Below are positions 18,954-27,485 of a stretch of 42,030 nucleotides of DNA, piece after piece. Origin of the DNA: Pseudomonadota bacterium (GTDB lineage: Bacteria > Bdellovibrionota_C > UBA2361 > OMII01); the NCBI GenBank assembly GCA_038134595.1, contig JAYPVM010000003.1, positions 1 through 42,030 of the forward strand, written 5' to 3'. Under the pieces are notes generated by a model. The model was not told where the DNA came from and did not search any database. It saw only the letters and a program-made list of their open reading frames with translations. The position numbers and the translations under genes were made by a program. How positions within the stretch are numbered: the first letter of the stretch is position 1; every line of letters starts with the position of its first letter.

Positions 18954-19562
18954 ATGGGTAGTAAATTGGTTGCAATTCTTGGGGGTAGTGCTAGCGGAAA
19001 AACAACGTTGGCAAACGAGCTCGCTATTTGTGCTGGAAGTGGCATGAAAGCTTCCGTAATATCTCTCGATTCGTTTTACAAATGCAATGCTGATAAGAGT
19101 CTCGAAGAGCGCGCAGCGGTTAATTATGATCATCCGCATGCATTTGATGAGGAGCTCTTGTTTGTTACGTTGCGTGCGTTACATGAGGGACGGTCTGCAT
19201 TAATTCCGCAATATAACTTTGCAACACACAGCAGAAGAGGGGAGTGCGTAGAGTGTAATCCAAGCGAATTAGTCATTGTAGAGGGCATTTTGGTCTTGGC
19301 GTTTCCTTCGATTTTTTCTTTGTTCTCATATTCGGTTTTTGTTGATACCCCGGATCCAGTGCGTCTTGAGCGTCGAATTGCTCGTGATGTAGCTGAGCGA
19401 GGTAGGACTCGAGATAGCGTATTGCTGCAATGGCAGCAGTCGGTTCAGCCGATGTATGAAAAGTATTGTCGTCCATCCCGGGAAGAGGCCTCTGAAGTTT
19501 TTTCTGGCGAGAAGTGGCAGCAGGAGGATGTAGTTGCATTGCTTAGTAGGATAGTTAGCTAG
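18954..19562 (+). CDS. udk: Uridine kinase
   Basis: GGSASGKTT, DSFY, NYDHPHAFD, EGIL, RRIARDVAERGR. Confidence 0.92.
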   Translation: MGSKLVAILGGSASGKTTLANELAICAGSGMKASVISLDSFYKCNADKSLEERAAVNYDHPHAFDEELLFVTLRALHEGRSALIPQYNFATHSRRGECVECNPSELVIVEGILVLAFPSIFSLFSYSVFVDTPDPVRLERRIARDVAERGRTRDSVLLQWQQSVQPMYEKYCRPSREEASEVFSGEKWQQEDVVALLSRIVS

Positions 19563-19599
19563 GTCATATTCCCTAATTATTTATTTTAGAAGTAGATTT

Positions 19600-20625
19600 C
19601 TAGGAAGGCCCGTTTTGTTCACGACTTTTTTCGAGAGCATCAGCCACCTCTTCGTTTGTTCGCTCGGTATATCGCATGGTAACGCGAACATCGCTGTGTC
19701 CTAAAGCCTGAGCAACTAGACGAATATCTTTTGAGCCATGGAGTAAGTCAGTCGCATAGGTATGCCGAAGTAGATGGGGGTGTAATTTAGTGTCCACGGA
19801 GAAATTTCGGATCACGCGCCAGACGCTTTTGGCGCCCATTTCAAAACTCTTTGGATTTTTGGTGTCTATTTTATAGGTGCTGATAAAAAGAGGAAGTCGG
19901 GCATCTATTTGTGAATGTAGCGATGGATAAAACCGCGCAAGTTCCTCCAAGCGAGTCTTAAGATATGCAGCTAGAACGGGACGCATCTCTGAGGTAATGT
20001 AAACATCCCGATATCTTCTGCCCTTTGTCCTTACCTGACTAATCCATTCGAGGGACTGGTCTATCTGTCCGCGGCGTAGTGTGCGTATCTCATCGGCTCG
20101 GAGTCCTGTATCTAGTAAAAGCCTCAGCAGAGTTTCGTTTCGTACGGTCGCAAAGCTCTTTTTCTGAGACCTTGTGTGAGCTGCGCCATGCTTTATCCGT
20201 TCAACCTCGAGGGGCTCAATTGATTTGGGACGAGCTATCTGCTGCCGAGGTGCCTTAACTTCTCTAGCGGGATTTATGAAGCCGGGCAATCGCTCTGAAA
20301 ATATTCTTCCCATATGTTTAAGGGTCGCAAGCCTTCTTGCAACGGTCGCTGGCGCTTCTCCGATATGCAGTAGTTCGTCAATGAACCGCTGTGTTGATGA
20401 ATAGTCCCAGTCTTGAACGAGAAGGGCATCGATGGCAGTTTTTTTTTTGTGTCTACAGAGAAACTCCAGGAATTTGTCGGTATCAAGTTGTTTTGCCCGT
20501 GCAGTATGAGATGTTCCATCAGCGTAGAGTTGGATGTATTCACGGGTAACCATACCAAGCGCAAGCTTGGCTACTGAACTAGCAGGTTGGGCATCCGAGA
20601 GAAGTAATTTGGATGAGACGTTCAT
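19600..20625 (-). CDS. Tyrosine recombinase (XerC/XerD-like)
   Basis: TGLRADE, TKG, HPHLLRHTY, ALGHSD, MRYT give a complete R-K-H-R-H-Y set; N-terminal SAM-like APATVARRLATL. GAGGA RBS before ATG 20625. Confidence 0.92.
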   Translation of the reverse strand: MNVSSKLLLSDAQPASSVAKLALGMVTREYIQLYADGTSHTARAKQLDTDKFLEFLCRHKKKTAIDALLVQDWDYSSTQRFIDELLHIGEAPATVARRLATLKHMGRIFSERLPGFINPAREVKAPRQQIARPKSIEPLEVERIKHGAAHTRSQKKSFATVRNETLLRLLLDTGLRADEIRTLRRGQIDQSLEWISQVRTKGRRYRDVYITSEMRPVLAAYLKTRLEELARFYPSLHSQIDARLPLFISTYKIDTKNPKSFEMGAKSVWRVIRNFSVDTKLHPHLLRHTYATDLLHGSKDIRLVAQALGHSDVRVTMRYTERTNEEVADALEKSREQNGPS

Positions 20626-20755
20626 AACATTATCCTCGATACATTGGGATCTTAAGAGATTGGAGTCTCTGAGACCAGAGAGCTTTTTGCTGTCCGTATA
20701 AAAGGCCAATAGGATGCCGAGAAGATTAGTAGCGAGTTGGGTTACTTAAGTGGAG

Positions 20756-20784
20756 ATGACAGTTTGAAATCATTACGGTATTCT
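20756..20784 (+). promoter_or_regulatory. Sigma70-like promoter of the inositol-monophosphatase gene (leaderless geometry)
   Basis: ATGACA-17bp-TATTCT-6nt-ATG. Confidence 0.55.
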
Positions 20785-20790
20785 CCGAGC

Positions 20791-21666
20791 ATGAGCACAA
20801 AAACTCCGTATACTACCAGCCACCTTGAAATTATTAGAACCCTAGAAAATGCTGTGCTACGCGCAGGGTTACACATCGAAGGGTTCAAGAAAAGAAGAGA
20901 CAGTGTAACTGTTGAGGTTAAATCAGACCAAAGTTTGGTGTTAAATCTAGACGTCGAATGTCAGAAAATTATCCTAACCGAACTAGCTAGTCACGACAGC
21001 GTAAAAGTTGTAGCCGAGGAGTCTCCGGAATCTCACAAATTGATCGAGTCCGAGGATTGCTTTTTTTTAGTCGATCCATTGGATGGAACGACTTCTTGCA
21101 AACGATTTTTATATGAGGATGGAGGCCAGATTGGATTTGGACCCTTGGTCGGATATGTCCATGATGGAGTTTTGACCGCGACGGCATTTTATAGTGTTCC
21201 TCATAAGACACTTTTTTCTGCGGTGCGAGGAGAGGGGTGTTATAAGAGTATTTTCGATGACAATGGAACGTGTGTCGAGGCGCATAGCCGTTTAATGGTC
21301 ACCCCAGGAATTAAACTCAAAGAGTCTGGGATGTTGTTTTTTATCAGTCCGGACGGAGAATCGAAAGTGGTTGATTACTTCAAAAACAATCACTTAGTTG
21401 AGAATATATATAGGTTTGGTAGCTTTGCGAGTGACAGTGCTCGGTTGGCACAAGGTTTTGAACAGATTCAATTTCAGTTAAATGCCAAGCCGTGGGATTT
21501 TTCTGGGGTCTTATTGGCGGCAGAGGCTGGGTGCGAAGTGTTTTGTGACCCTTTGGGTAGAAGAGTGCCTCTAGTAGATTGGAGGATAGAAGCTCTCAAT
21601 CCGATAGCCATTTTGCAGAAAGGAACAAAAGACGAGTTCTTTAGCCTATGTGATAAAATCGTATAA
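20791..21666 (+). CDS. Inositol monophosphatase / CysQ family phosphatase
   Basis: KSDQSLV..D, AEES, DPLDGT, KPWD..G...A.EAG. Confidence 0.87.
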   Translation: MSTKTPYTTSHLEIIRTLENAVLRAGLHIEGFKKRRDSVTVEVKSDQSLVLNLDVECQKIILTELASHDSVKVVAEESPESHKLIESEDCFFLVDPLDGTTSCKRFLYEDGGQIGFGPLVGYVHDGVLTATAFYSVPHKTLFSAVRGEGCYKSIFDDNGTCVEAHSRLMVTPGIKLKESGMLFFISPDGESKVVDYFKNNHLVENIYRFGSFASDSARLAQGFEQIQFQLNAKPWDFSGVLLAAEAGCEVFCDPLGRRVPLVDWRIEALNPIAILQKGTKDEFFSLCDKIV

Positions 21667-21685
21667 TCGTATATCGCGGCTGTTC

Positions 21686-22450
21686 ATGAGACATGAATTA
21701 CACATAGATACACACGTTCATTTATATGATTGTTTTAATTTGAAAGCGTGGGTTCAGCATGCACTGACTAACCTAAATGTATCAGAGTCGGTTCAGGGTG
21801 CTCTTATACTTGTTGATAGACAGGGACAAGATTCATTCGTGCGTTTTCGGAGAGAGGTTCCAGAATTTGCAGTATGGGACGAGTCCTCAATATCTGATGA
21901 GCTTAGTATCGGAACCATACGCTATCAGGGACGAGAGCTTTTCGTTTTGCCAGGAGTGCAATATGTGACCTCAGAGCGTTTGGAAGTTTTGGCTCTAGGT
22001 TCTCCTCGTTTAGTTTCGGATGGAGTCTCCATTGAAACTGTGATTGAAAAATCATTGTCGGTGCCTGCTCTTGTGTGTTTGCCGTGGTCTCCAGGCAAGT
22101 GGCTCGGCAAGCGTGGTCGATGTATAAGATCGATCGTGTCTAACAGGTCTTCCATGGAGTTATGTTTGGGAGATATCTCTGTCCACGGTCGTTTCTGGCC
22201 AAAGTCTGTTATTCTAAATGAGTGTATGAAGCGGGGATTTGCATGTTTTGCCGGAACAGATGCGCTTAACCGCCCTAAAGATTGCAAACTCGTTGGGAGC
22301 TTTGGAGTTTCTTGCAACGTGGAGGGGCCGATTTCAGCACAGGAGCTTATATACGTTGTAAGAAGTCTTTCTACCACCTCATATATGTCGTGGGGGAGAC
22401 CAAATGGCTTCTTCACTTCAGTGGAGCGTTTTATCTCCTCCTTTTTATAA
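21686..22450 (+). CDS. PHP-like metallo-phosphoesterase-fold hypothetical protein
   Basis: HIDTHVH at N-terminus, GVQYVTSERLEVL, PWSPGKW, AGTD. Confidence 0.6.
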   Translation: MRHELHIDTHVHLYDCFNLKAWVQHALTNLNVSESVQGALILVDRQGQDSFVRFRREVPEFAVWDESSISDELSIGTIRYQGRELFVLPGVQYVTSERLEVLALGSPRLVSDGVSIETVIEKSLSVPALVCLPWSPGKWLGKRGRCIRSIVSNRSSMELCLGDISVHGRFWPKSVILNECMKRGFACFAGTDALNRPKDCKLVGSFGVSCNVEGPISAQELIYVVRSLSTTSYMSWGRPNGFFTSVERFISSFL

Positions 22451-22574
22451 GGTTCTCTCATCTAAAAGAATAGTGAAATCTATACGTGAGTTAAGAGCGA
22501 ATAGGAAAACGCCGTAACTTACTGTATTTACGTTCGAATAAGAGCCGCTTACATCTTTCTTTGCAACTGATACC

Positions 22575-24065
22575 ATGAAAAGCACGGTAGTTATCTTCTT
22601 CAATGATTGGCCGGTCTATCCACAGGGGGTCAACGCAGGTGGCGGAGAAAGTGCCACCATGGCACTAGCTAGAGCCATGCGCAAGCAGGGATATCGCGTC
22701 ATTGCTTGTGCAAATTTACCCGAGGGAGAGGGTACGTTTCACGACATAGAGTTCTGGGATTTCGGTTCAGGATACGACCTCTCTAAAATCGAGATTCGAC
22801 TCCGAGAGCTTCCGTCCTATCACTGCTTATGTGCTACGCTGGTACATCCTTTACTGCTCATAAAAAATCACAAGCAATGCTTATCTCGCATTGTTATTAA
22901 TCATGCTCCATCAATTCGAGCTAGCGGCCTCGAGCCTGTTACGATGATGAATATTATCGATAGGATGGTCTGTGTATCCCATGCTCAGCGAGCATTGTTA
23001 ATGCACCCATCCATTGATTCAAGCAAAATTATTGTTGTTAAGAACGGGTTTGATCCAGATATATTTCAATATGCCGGTCCGGAGAATAGGGATTGGAATC
23101 AATTGGTGTATATTGGTCGAGTTGAACCTTCGAAGGGGATTCACATTCTTTTACAGGCATATGCCTGGCTGCAGCGCGAGTTTCCAGATCTAAAGTTATC
23201 TGTGTTCGGTGATGAGCAATACTGGCCTGATCTGCTAAAACAGAAGCAAACACTCTTAAAGAATCTTCCAGGATTAACATTCCATGGGAAAAGGCCGCAA
23301 AGAGAGCTAGCTACACATCTGCAACGGGCGGGACTATTAGTTTTTCCCTCAATTAGCTTTGAGAGCGCGGGCTTAGCTGTAGTTGATGCGCAAGCAAGTG
23401 GCTGCCCCGCTATTGCTTTTGGAATTGGCGGTGTTCCCGAATATTTAGTTGATGGAGTGTTAGGTAAAGTCATCTATGATCGCTCTGCAGACGCACTCCT
23501 TAATGGAATTCAAAATCTCCTACGTGACAGAACCACACTCCAAAATATGTCACAAAGAGCAGAGGTTGCTGGACGAGCTCGCCCATGGACTGTAGTTGCA
23601 AAGGAGATAGCGGAGCTTTTTGAAGAGGTAGCATCTAAAAGAGTGTCTCATAGCAAGGGGCAGAGTGAAGATATGCCATTTGCAATAAAGCGGATTCAAA
23701 AGTTCTCGCAGAATTCAGTTGTGGACGTACTGGAGGCACACGAAATGATCTCCTCTCGTGAACTGGTACCAGATTCGCTCGTTGAATCTTTTCTTACCAG
23801 AGAGCCACAAGAGGCCTGGGTACCCCTTATTCAAGGGATTAGAGAGGAGAAGTCTGGGGCTTTGAAAGAAGCCACAGATTACTACACCAGGGCGGCACGT
23901 CTGTGTGAATCTACTGATTGGCAGCCTTTTTTTCGGTTGGCGGTGTTGCATGCCGAGCAGGGTCAAGCGCCAGTGGCTGCTCAGTATGCTAAACAGGTGC
24001 TCACAAAACAACCTGATTTTCAGTTTCGGCCTGAACTAGAAAAGCTCATTGAACTGGCAGGGTAA
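22575..24065 (+). CDS. GT4 glycosyltransferase with C-terminal TPR-like repeats
   Basis: GGGESA, CVS, NGFD, GRVEPSKG, FESAGLAVVDAQASG; C-terminal A..YY.RA / A..Y...VL TPR-like helices. Confidence 0.85.
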   Translation: MKSTVVIFFNDWPVYPQGVNAGGGESATMALARAMRKQGYRVIACANLPEGEGTFHDIEFWDFGSGYDLSKIEIRLRELPSYHCLCATLVHPLLLIKNHKQCLSRIVINHAPSIRASGLEPVTMMNIIDRMVCVSHAQRALLMHPSIDSSKIIVVKNGFDPDIFQYAGPENRDWNQLVYIGRVEPSKGIHILLQAYAWLQREFPDLKLSVFGDEQYWPDLLKQKQTLLKNLPGLTFHGKRPQRELATHLQRAGLLVFPSISFESAGLAVVDAQASGCPAIAFGIGGVPEYLVDGVLGKVIYDRSADALLNGIQNLLRDRTTLQNMSQRAEVAGRARPWTVVAKEIAELFEEVASKRVSHSKGQSEDMPFAIKRIQKFSQNSVVDVLEAHEMISSRELVPDSLVESFLTREPQEAWVPLIQGIREEKSGALKEATDYYTRAARLCESTDWQPFFRLAVLHAEQGQAPVAAQYAKQVLTKQPDFQFRPELEKLIELAG

Positions 24066-24067
24066 GA

Positions 24068-25135
24068 ATGATCAAGGTTTCTGCTATTATTTCGCTCTAC
24101 AATTCGATGGAATACGTAGAGCAGTGCCTTCAAGATTTAGTTGAACAAACTCTTTTTAAGAAGGGCAAGTTGGAGCTCGTTGTTGTCGATAGCAACTCTC
24201 CTCAGGATGAGCGGTCAGTGGTAGAGCGCTTTCAATCTCGATATCAAAATATTCGCTATCACCGCACCCCTGAGCGGGAGACATTATATCAGGCGTGGAA
24301 TACCGGATTAACGCTTGCCACCGGTGAATACATAACGAATGCAAACTCAGACGACCGACATCACTGTGAGAACCTGGAAATCTTGTCGAATGTATTGGAT
24401 GCCCATCGCCATATAGACCTGGTATACGCAGATGTCTATGAGAGTTCTGTCGCAAATCAATCGTTTGCTGAGAATCCGCGACTATCTCGATACACGTATC
24501 CAGAATATTTTACTCCTTTATCTTTGTTGTTTTATCAATTTGGTTGTCAGCCGATGTGGAGAAGAGGTGTGCACGACAAAATCGGCCCATTTAGCAGGGA
24601 GCTTCGCGCCGCTGGAGATTGGGAGTTCTGCATTCGGTTTGCTCTTGCTGGTCTGCGTGCCTTGCGAGTTCCAGAGGTCCTTGGAAGTTTTCTTCATCGA
24701 CCAACATCTATATCGACGCAGGATAGTGTTTCGACAGACGAACAAACGTTTCTACGCAAATATTTTCTAACAGCTCCAAATATATTATCTGCCTATCAAC
24801 GTGAAGGGTGGCAAGTAGGTTCCCCAGAGGAGCAGGCTCGAGTGTTTTCTCATTTTTCTTCTCTTGCATCTGAATTCAAGCTTCCGTGGTTACCTGGACA
24901 GCTTTATCGAGATGTTCAAGCAGTTGTGCTGGCTTGTTTCTCAGCATTTGAGGTTGATCAAAAGAAGTCAAAGACGGCATGGAATCTCGGTGTGGCACTT
25001 CAGCGGGCGTCACGAGCAGATGAGGCAGTTCCATATTTAGTACAGGCCGTTAAAAGTGGTGAGATGGCAGGTACAGAGGTTCTTGAAAGTTTTATCCGCG
25101 GAGAGATTAGCGAGCTTCCATTTGTTGAGATTTAA
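24068..25135 (+). CDS. GT2 glycosyltransferase with TPR-like C-terminus
   Basis: VSAIISLYN, VVVDSNS, AWNTG, NANSDDR, PMWRR, AGDWEF; AWNLGVAL..A...EA. Confidence 0.87.
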   Translation: MIKVSAIISLYNSMEYVEQCLQDLVEQTLFKKGKLELVVVDSNSPQDERSVVERFQSRYQNIRYHRTPERETLYQAWNTGLTLATGEYITNANSDDRHHCENLEILSNVLDAHRHIDLVYADVYESSVANQSFAENPRLSRYTYPEYFTPLSLLFYQFGCQPMWRRGVHDKIGPFSRELRAAGDWEFCIRFALAGLRALRVPEVLGSFLHRPTSISTQDSVSTDEQTFLRKYFLTAPNILSAYQREGWQVGSPEEQARVFSHFSSLASEFKLPWLPGQLYRDVQAVVLACFSAFEVDQKKSKTAWNLGVALQRASRADEAVPYLVQAVKSGEMAGTEVLESFIRGEISELPFVEI

Positions 25136-25207
25136 TCGGTGGAACTATGCCAGTGAGCGAGAGTGCTTCTCTCTAAAGTTGCCTTGCTACTAAGTCCGTA
25201 AAGGTAT

Positions 25208-26251
25208 TTATTCTTCTTTCCGTGTCTTTATCCAGGGGCGTTGAGGATCTATTCCTAAGCGAGTCGCAAATTTCTCAACAATACGGGTGCCTTCAGGGAG
25301 CAAGCCCGCATCTTCTAGCCATAGATATATTTCTTCGGCAGCCATGCGGTGTGCAATTTCATTGGGGTGGCGATCTACTCCCGGTATTACCTGTAGCCTG
25401 GCTAAAGGAATATCTTTGTAAATTGGCGAGATATCGAGAGAGGGGACCTGTAGCTCTTCCATAAGGTCAGCTATCTTTTTGTGAATTGAGTAGAATGGAT
25501 ACGTTGAATCCATCGGCAATCCAAAAAGAGGAAAAATGACTGCCCGAATTGGTACGTGGTGTTCGTTAGCAATGCGAACTAGATTGCTCATCGACCGCTT
25601 GAAAGACTTCCAGGTCCGCGGGTTTTCATACAAACTGAGAAAGTATTCTGCGTACGCGCTATGAGTATTTGTATTATGGATTCTTTGGAGGACAAATTCT
25701 AACGTCCTCCAACGACGCGCAATGGACCCTAGTGCCCCTGTTAGTTGTAATGCGCCAAATTTATCGGGCATATGTTCCTTGAGTCCACTTGGAGTGTGAT
25801 GCTTTATTTCAGGATCGTTAAGCGTTATCTGAAGAAGTAATAGGTCAGCTCCATCGTTGATGGCTTGTTTAACGACAGGTATCTCGTGGGAAGTCGAATA
25901 TGCGGGAACTCCATAATTGATAACATCTATTAGCGATGTGTCTTGAGAGAGTTGCAGCATTTGCTCTAATTTTTTGACGTATGTGTCAGTAAATTGCATG
26001 TAGGGCGCAAAAGTAAATGAATCACCGATTGCAGCGATTCGATACCGACCAGATGGTTTGGGGACTTGGTACGTATAATCTTGCATCGAACGGCTAAGAG
26101 GAGCATGGAAGTAAAATCGAGGTCGGTCACTCCATCGTTTTGGAGCTTTTGATGAATACAGTCTCACTCCTAATTCGACAACGGTAAATGCAAGAGCTGT
26201 TGCTACCAGTGAGGCGCCAAGAGATATAAATAGAGACGAGCGTGTTTTCAT
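25208..26251 (-). CDS. SGNH/GDSL hydrolase family protein with N-terminal membrane anchor
   Basis: GDSFT, NYGVPAY, LND, DRHPN. Confidence 0.85.
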   Translation of the reverse strand: MKTRSSLFISLGASLVATALAFTVVELGVRLYSSKAPKRWSDRPRFYFHAPLSRSMQDYTYQVPKPSGRYRIAAIGDSFTFAPYMQFTDTYVKKLEQMLQLSQDTSLIDVINYGVPAYSTSHEIPVVKQAINDGADLLLLQITLNDPEIKHHTPSGLKEHMPDKFGALQLTGALGSIARRWRTLEFVLQRIHNTNTHSAYAEYFLSLYENPRTWKSFKRSMSNLVRIANEHHVPIRAVIFPLFGLPMDSTYPFYSIHKKIADLMEELQVPSLDISPIYKDIPLARLQVIPGVDRHPNEIAHRMAAEEIYLWLEDAGLLPEGTRIVEKFATRLGIDPQRPWIKTRKEE

Positions 26252-27483
26252 TGGTTTTCTACCGCTAAAGTAGTCGTTTCTGTTGAGCCAAGTTGTTGTT
26301 GAACGATATCGTACAGAGACGATAATTGCTCTTCAAATGCATCCTTAGTGTATAGCTTCTCCGCAAGTGAGCGGGCGGCGCTTCCGACCTGTTGTCGAAG
26401 GTCGGGGTTCTCAAGTAATCTTTTGAGCCCGGCTCCAAAATCAGTTGCCGTCGGTGCTGCTAATACAGCAATCTCGTCCGTGAGTACCTGTGTATGAGTT
26501 GGTAAGGCAGTGGCCAGCACAGCAGTGCCAGAGTGCAAGTATGAGTAAATCTTCATCGGAGTGTTGTTTCCCTTCGTTCGGGGAGACACGAGTATATCAG
26601 CATTTTTTAATAGCCCTGCTAGAGTATGAATTGGGCGAGGGCCCAAAAAACGCGTTTGCATCATCGCAGGAGAAAACGCATAACGGGAAGTATACGCGGC
26701 AATCGACTCTGGAGTCCCTCCGACTATTATTAATTGCGCGTCCGGATGAGATTTACAGATAGAGGCGAATGCTTGCAGGAGAAGATCGATCCCTTGATAC
26801 GATTCAAGGTTACCGACATAGAGAATAAGTGTGTCGGTAGGTTTCACGTCGTCACCAAAGATCTCTTTTCGAGTGAGCGACTCGTCGCTTGAGTTTGGAA
26901 GTAGCGATATATCCCGAAGGAGCACATTAGATCGAGAGCCATGGCTTGTTGCAATCACATGGAGAGCGTCACAGACCGGCGCAACTGCGAGGCTGCCGCG
27001 TATCGCCACGCCTTCAAGATATTGTAAAATAGAGAGAATGGGGCGACACCACCACCACCGTTCTGTTAATTGGAGAGCAAGCGATGAATCCATGTCGTAT
27101 ATGTAAGGAATCTTGAAGATCTTTTTTCCGAGCCAAGCAATGAAAGCCGATTCTTCTACGGCATGGATGATGTCGTACTGTTTTCGGCGTGACCGCCACA
27201 GTAGCTTAAAAGTATAAATCATCAATAAAAAGTCACAGAGAAGCTTTTTCCAGGATATCCCTGGGCGAATGCCTTGTAGCCATCGCGGATAGTTAACTCT
27301 ACAAATAGTTACTCCCGGAATTTTGATAGGCTCTCCTTCCTTATAGACTATGAGATCGATATGCGCCCTCGGATTGGTGGTTGGTGAAAACTTTTTTGCC
27401 AGTGCCTCCACAGCCATTTTAACTGCGATGGGTGTACCTCGTTCTTGAAAAAATGGCTGGGGTGCAATCACTAAAATTTTCAT
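26248..27483 (-). CDS. GT4 glycosyltransferase
   Basis: MKILVIAPQPFFQERGTP, YVGNLESYQG, NTPMKIYSY; start at ATG 27483, 2 nt after the upstream stop. Confidence 0.87.
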   Translation of the reverse strand: MKILVIAPQPFFQERGTPIAVKMAVEALAKKFSPTTNPRAHIDLIVYKEGEPIKIPGVTICRVNYPRWLQGIRPGISWKKLLCDFLLMIYTFKLLWRSRRKQYDIIHAVEESAFIAWLGKKIFKIPYIYDMDSSLALQLTERWWWCRPILSILQYLEGVAIRGSLAVAPVCDALHVIATSHGSRSNVLLRDISLLPNSSDESLTRKEIFGDDVKPTDTLILYVGNLESYQGIDLLLQAFASICKSHPDAQLIIVGGTPESIAAYTSRYAFSPAMMQTRFLGPRPIHTLAGLLKNADILVSPRTKGNNTPMKIYSYLHSGTAVLATALPTHTQVLTDEIAVLAAPTATDFGAGLKRLLENPDLRQQVGSAARSLAEKLYTKDAFEEQLSSLYDIVQQQLGSTETTTLAVENQ

Positions 27484-27485
27484 CG

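Noticed and set aside
13895..20625. Genomic island integrated at tRNA-Lys(CTT) by the tyrosine recombinase
   Set aside because: No direct repeat of the tRNA 3' end was seen, the integrase is ~5.6 kb from the tRNA, and the intervening genes are largely metabolic.
20611..20650. dif-like site at the recombinase start (ATAATGTTATG on the minus strand)
   Set aside because: It lacks the 11-6-11 dif architecture and is explained as RBS plus start codon.
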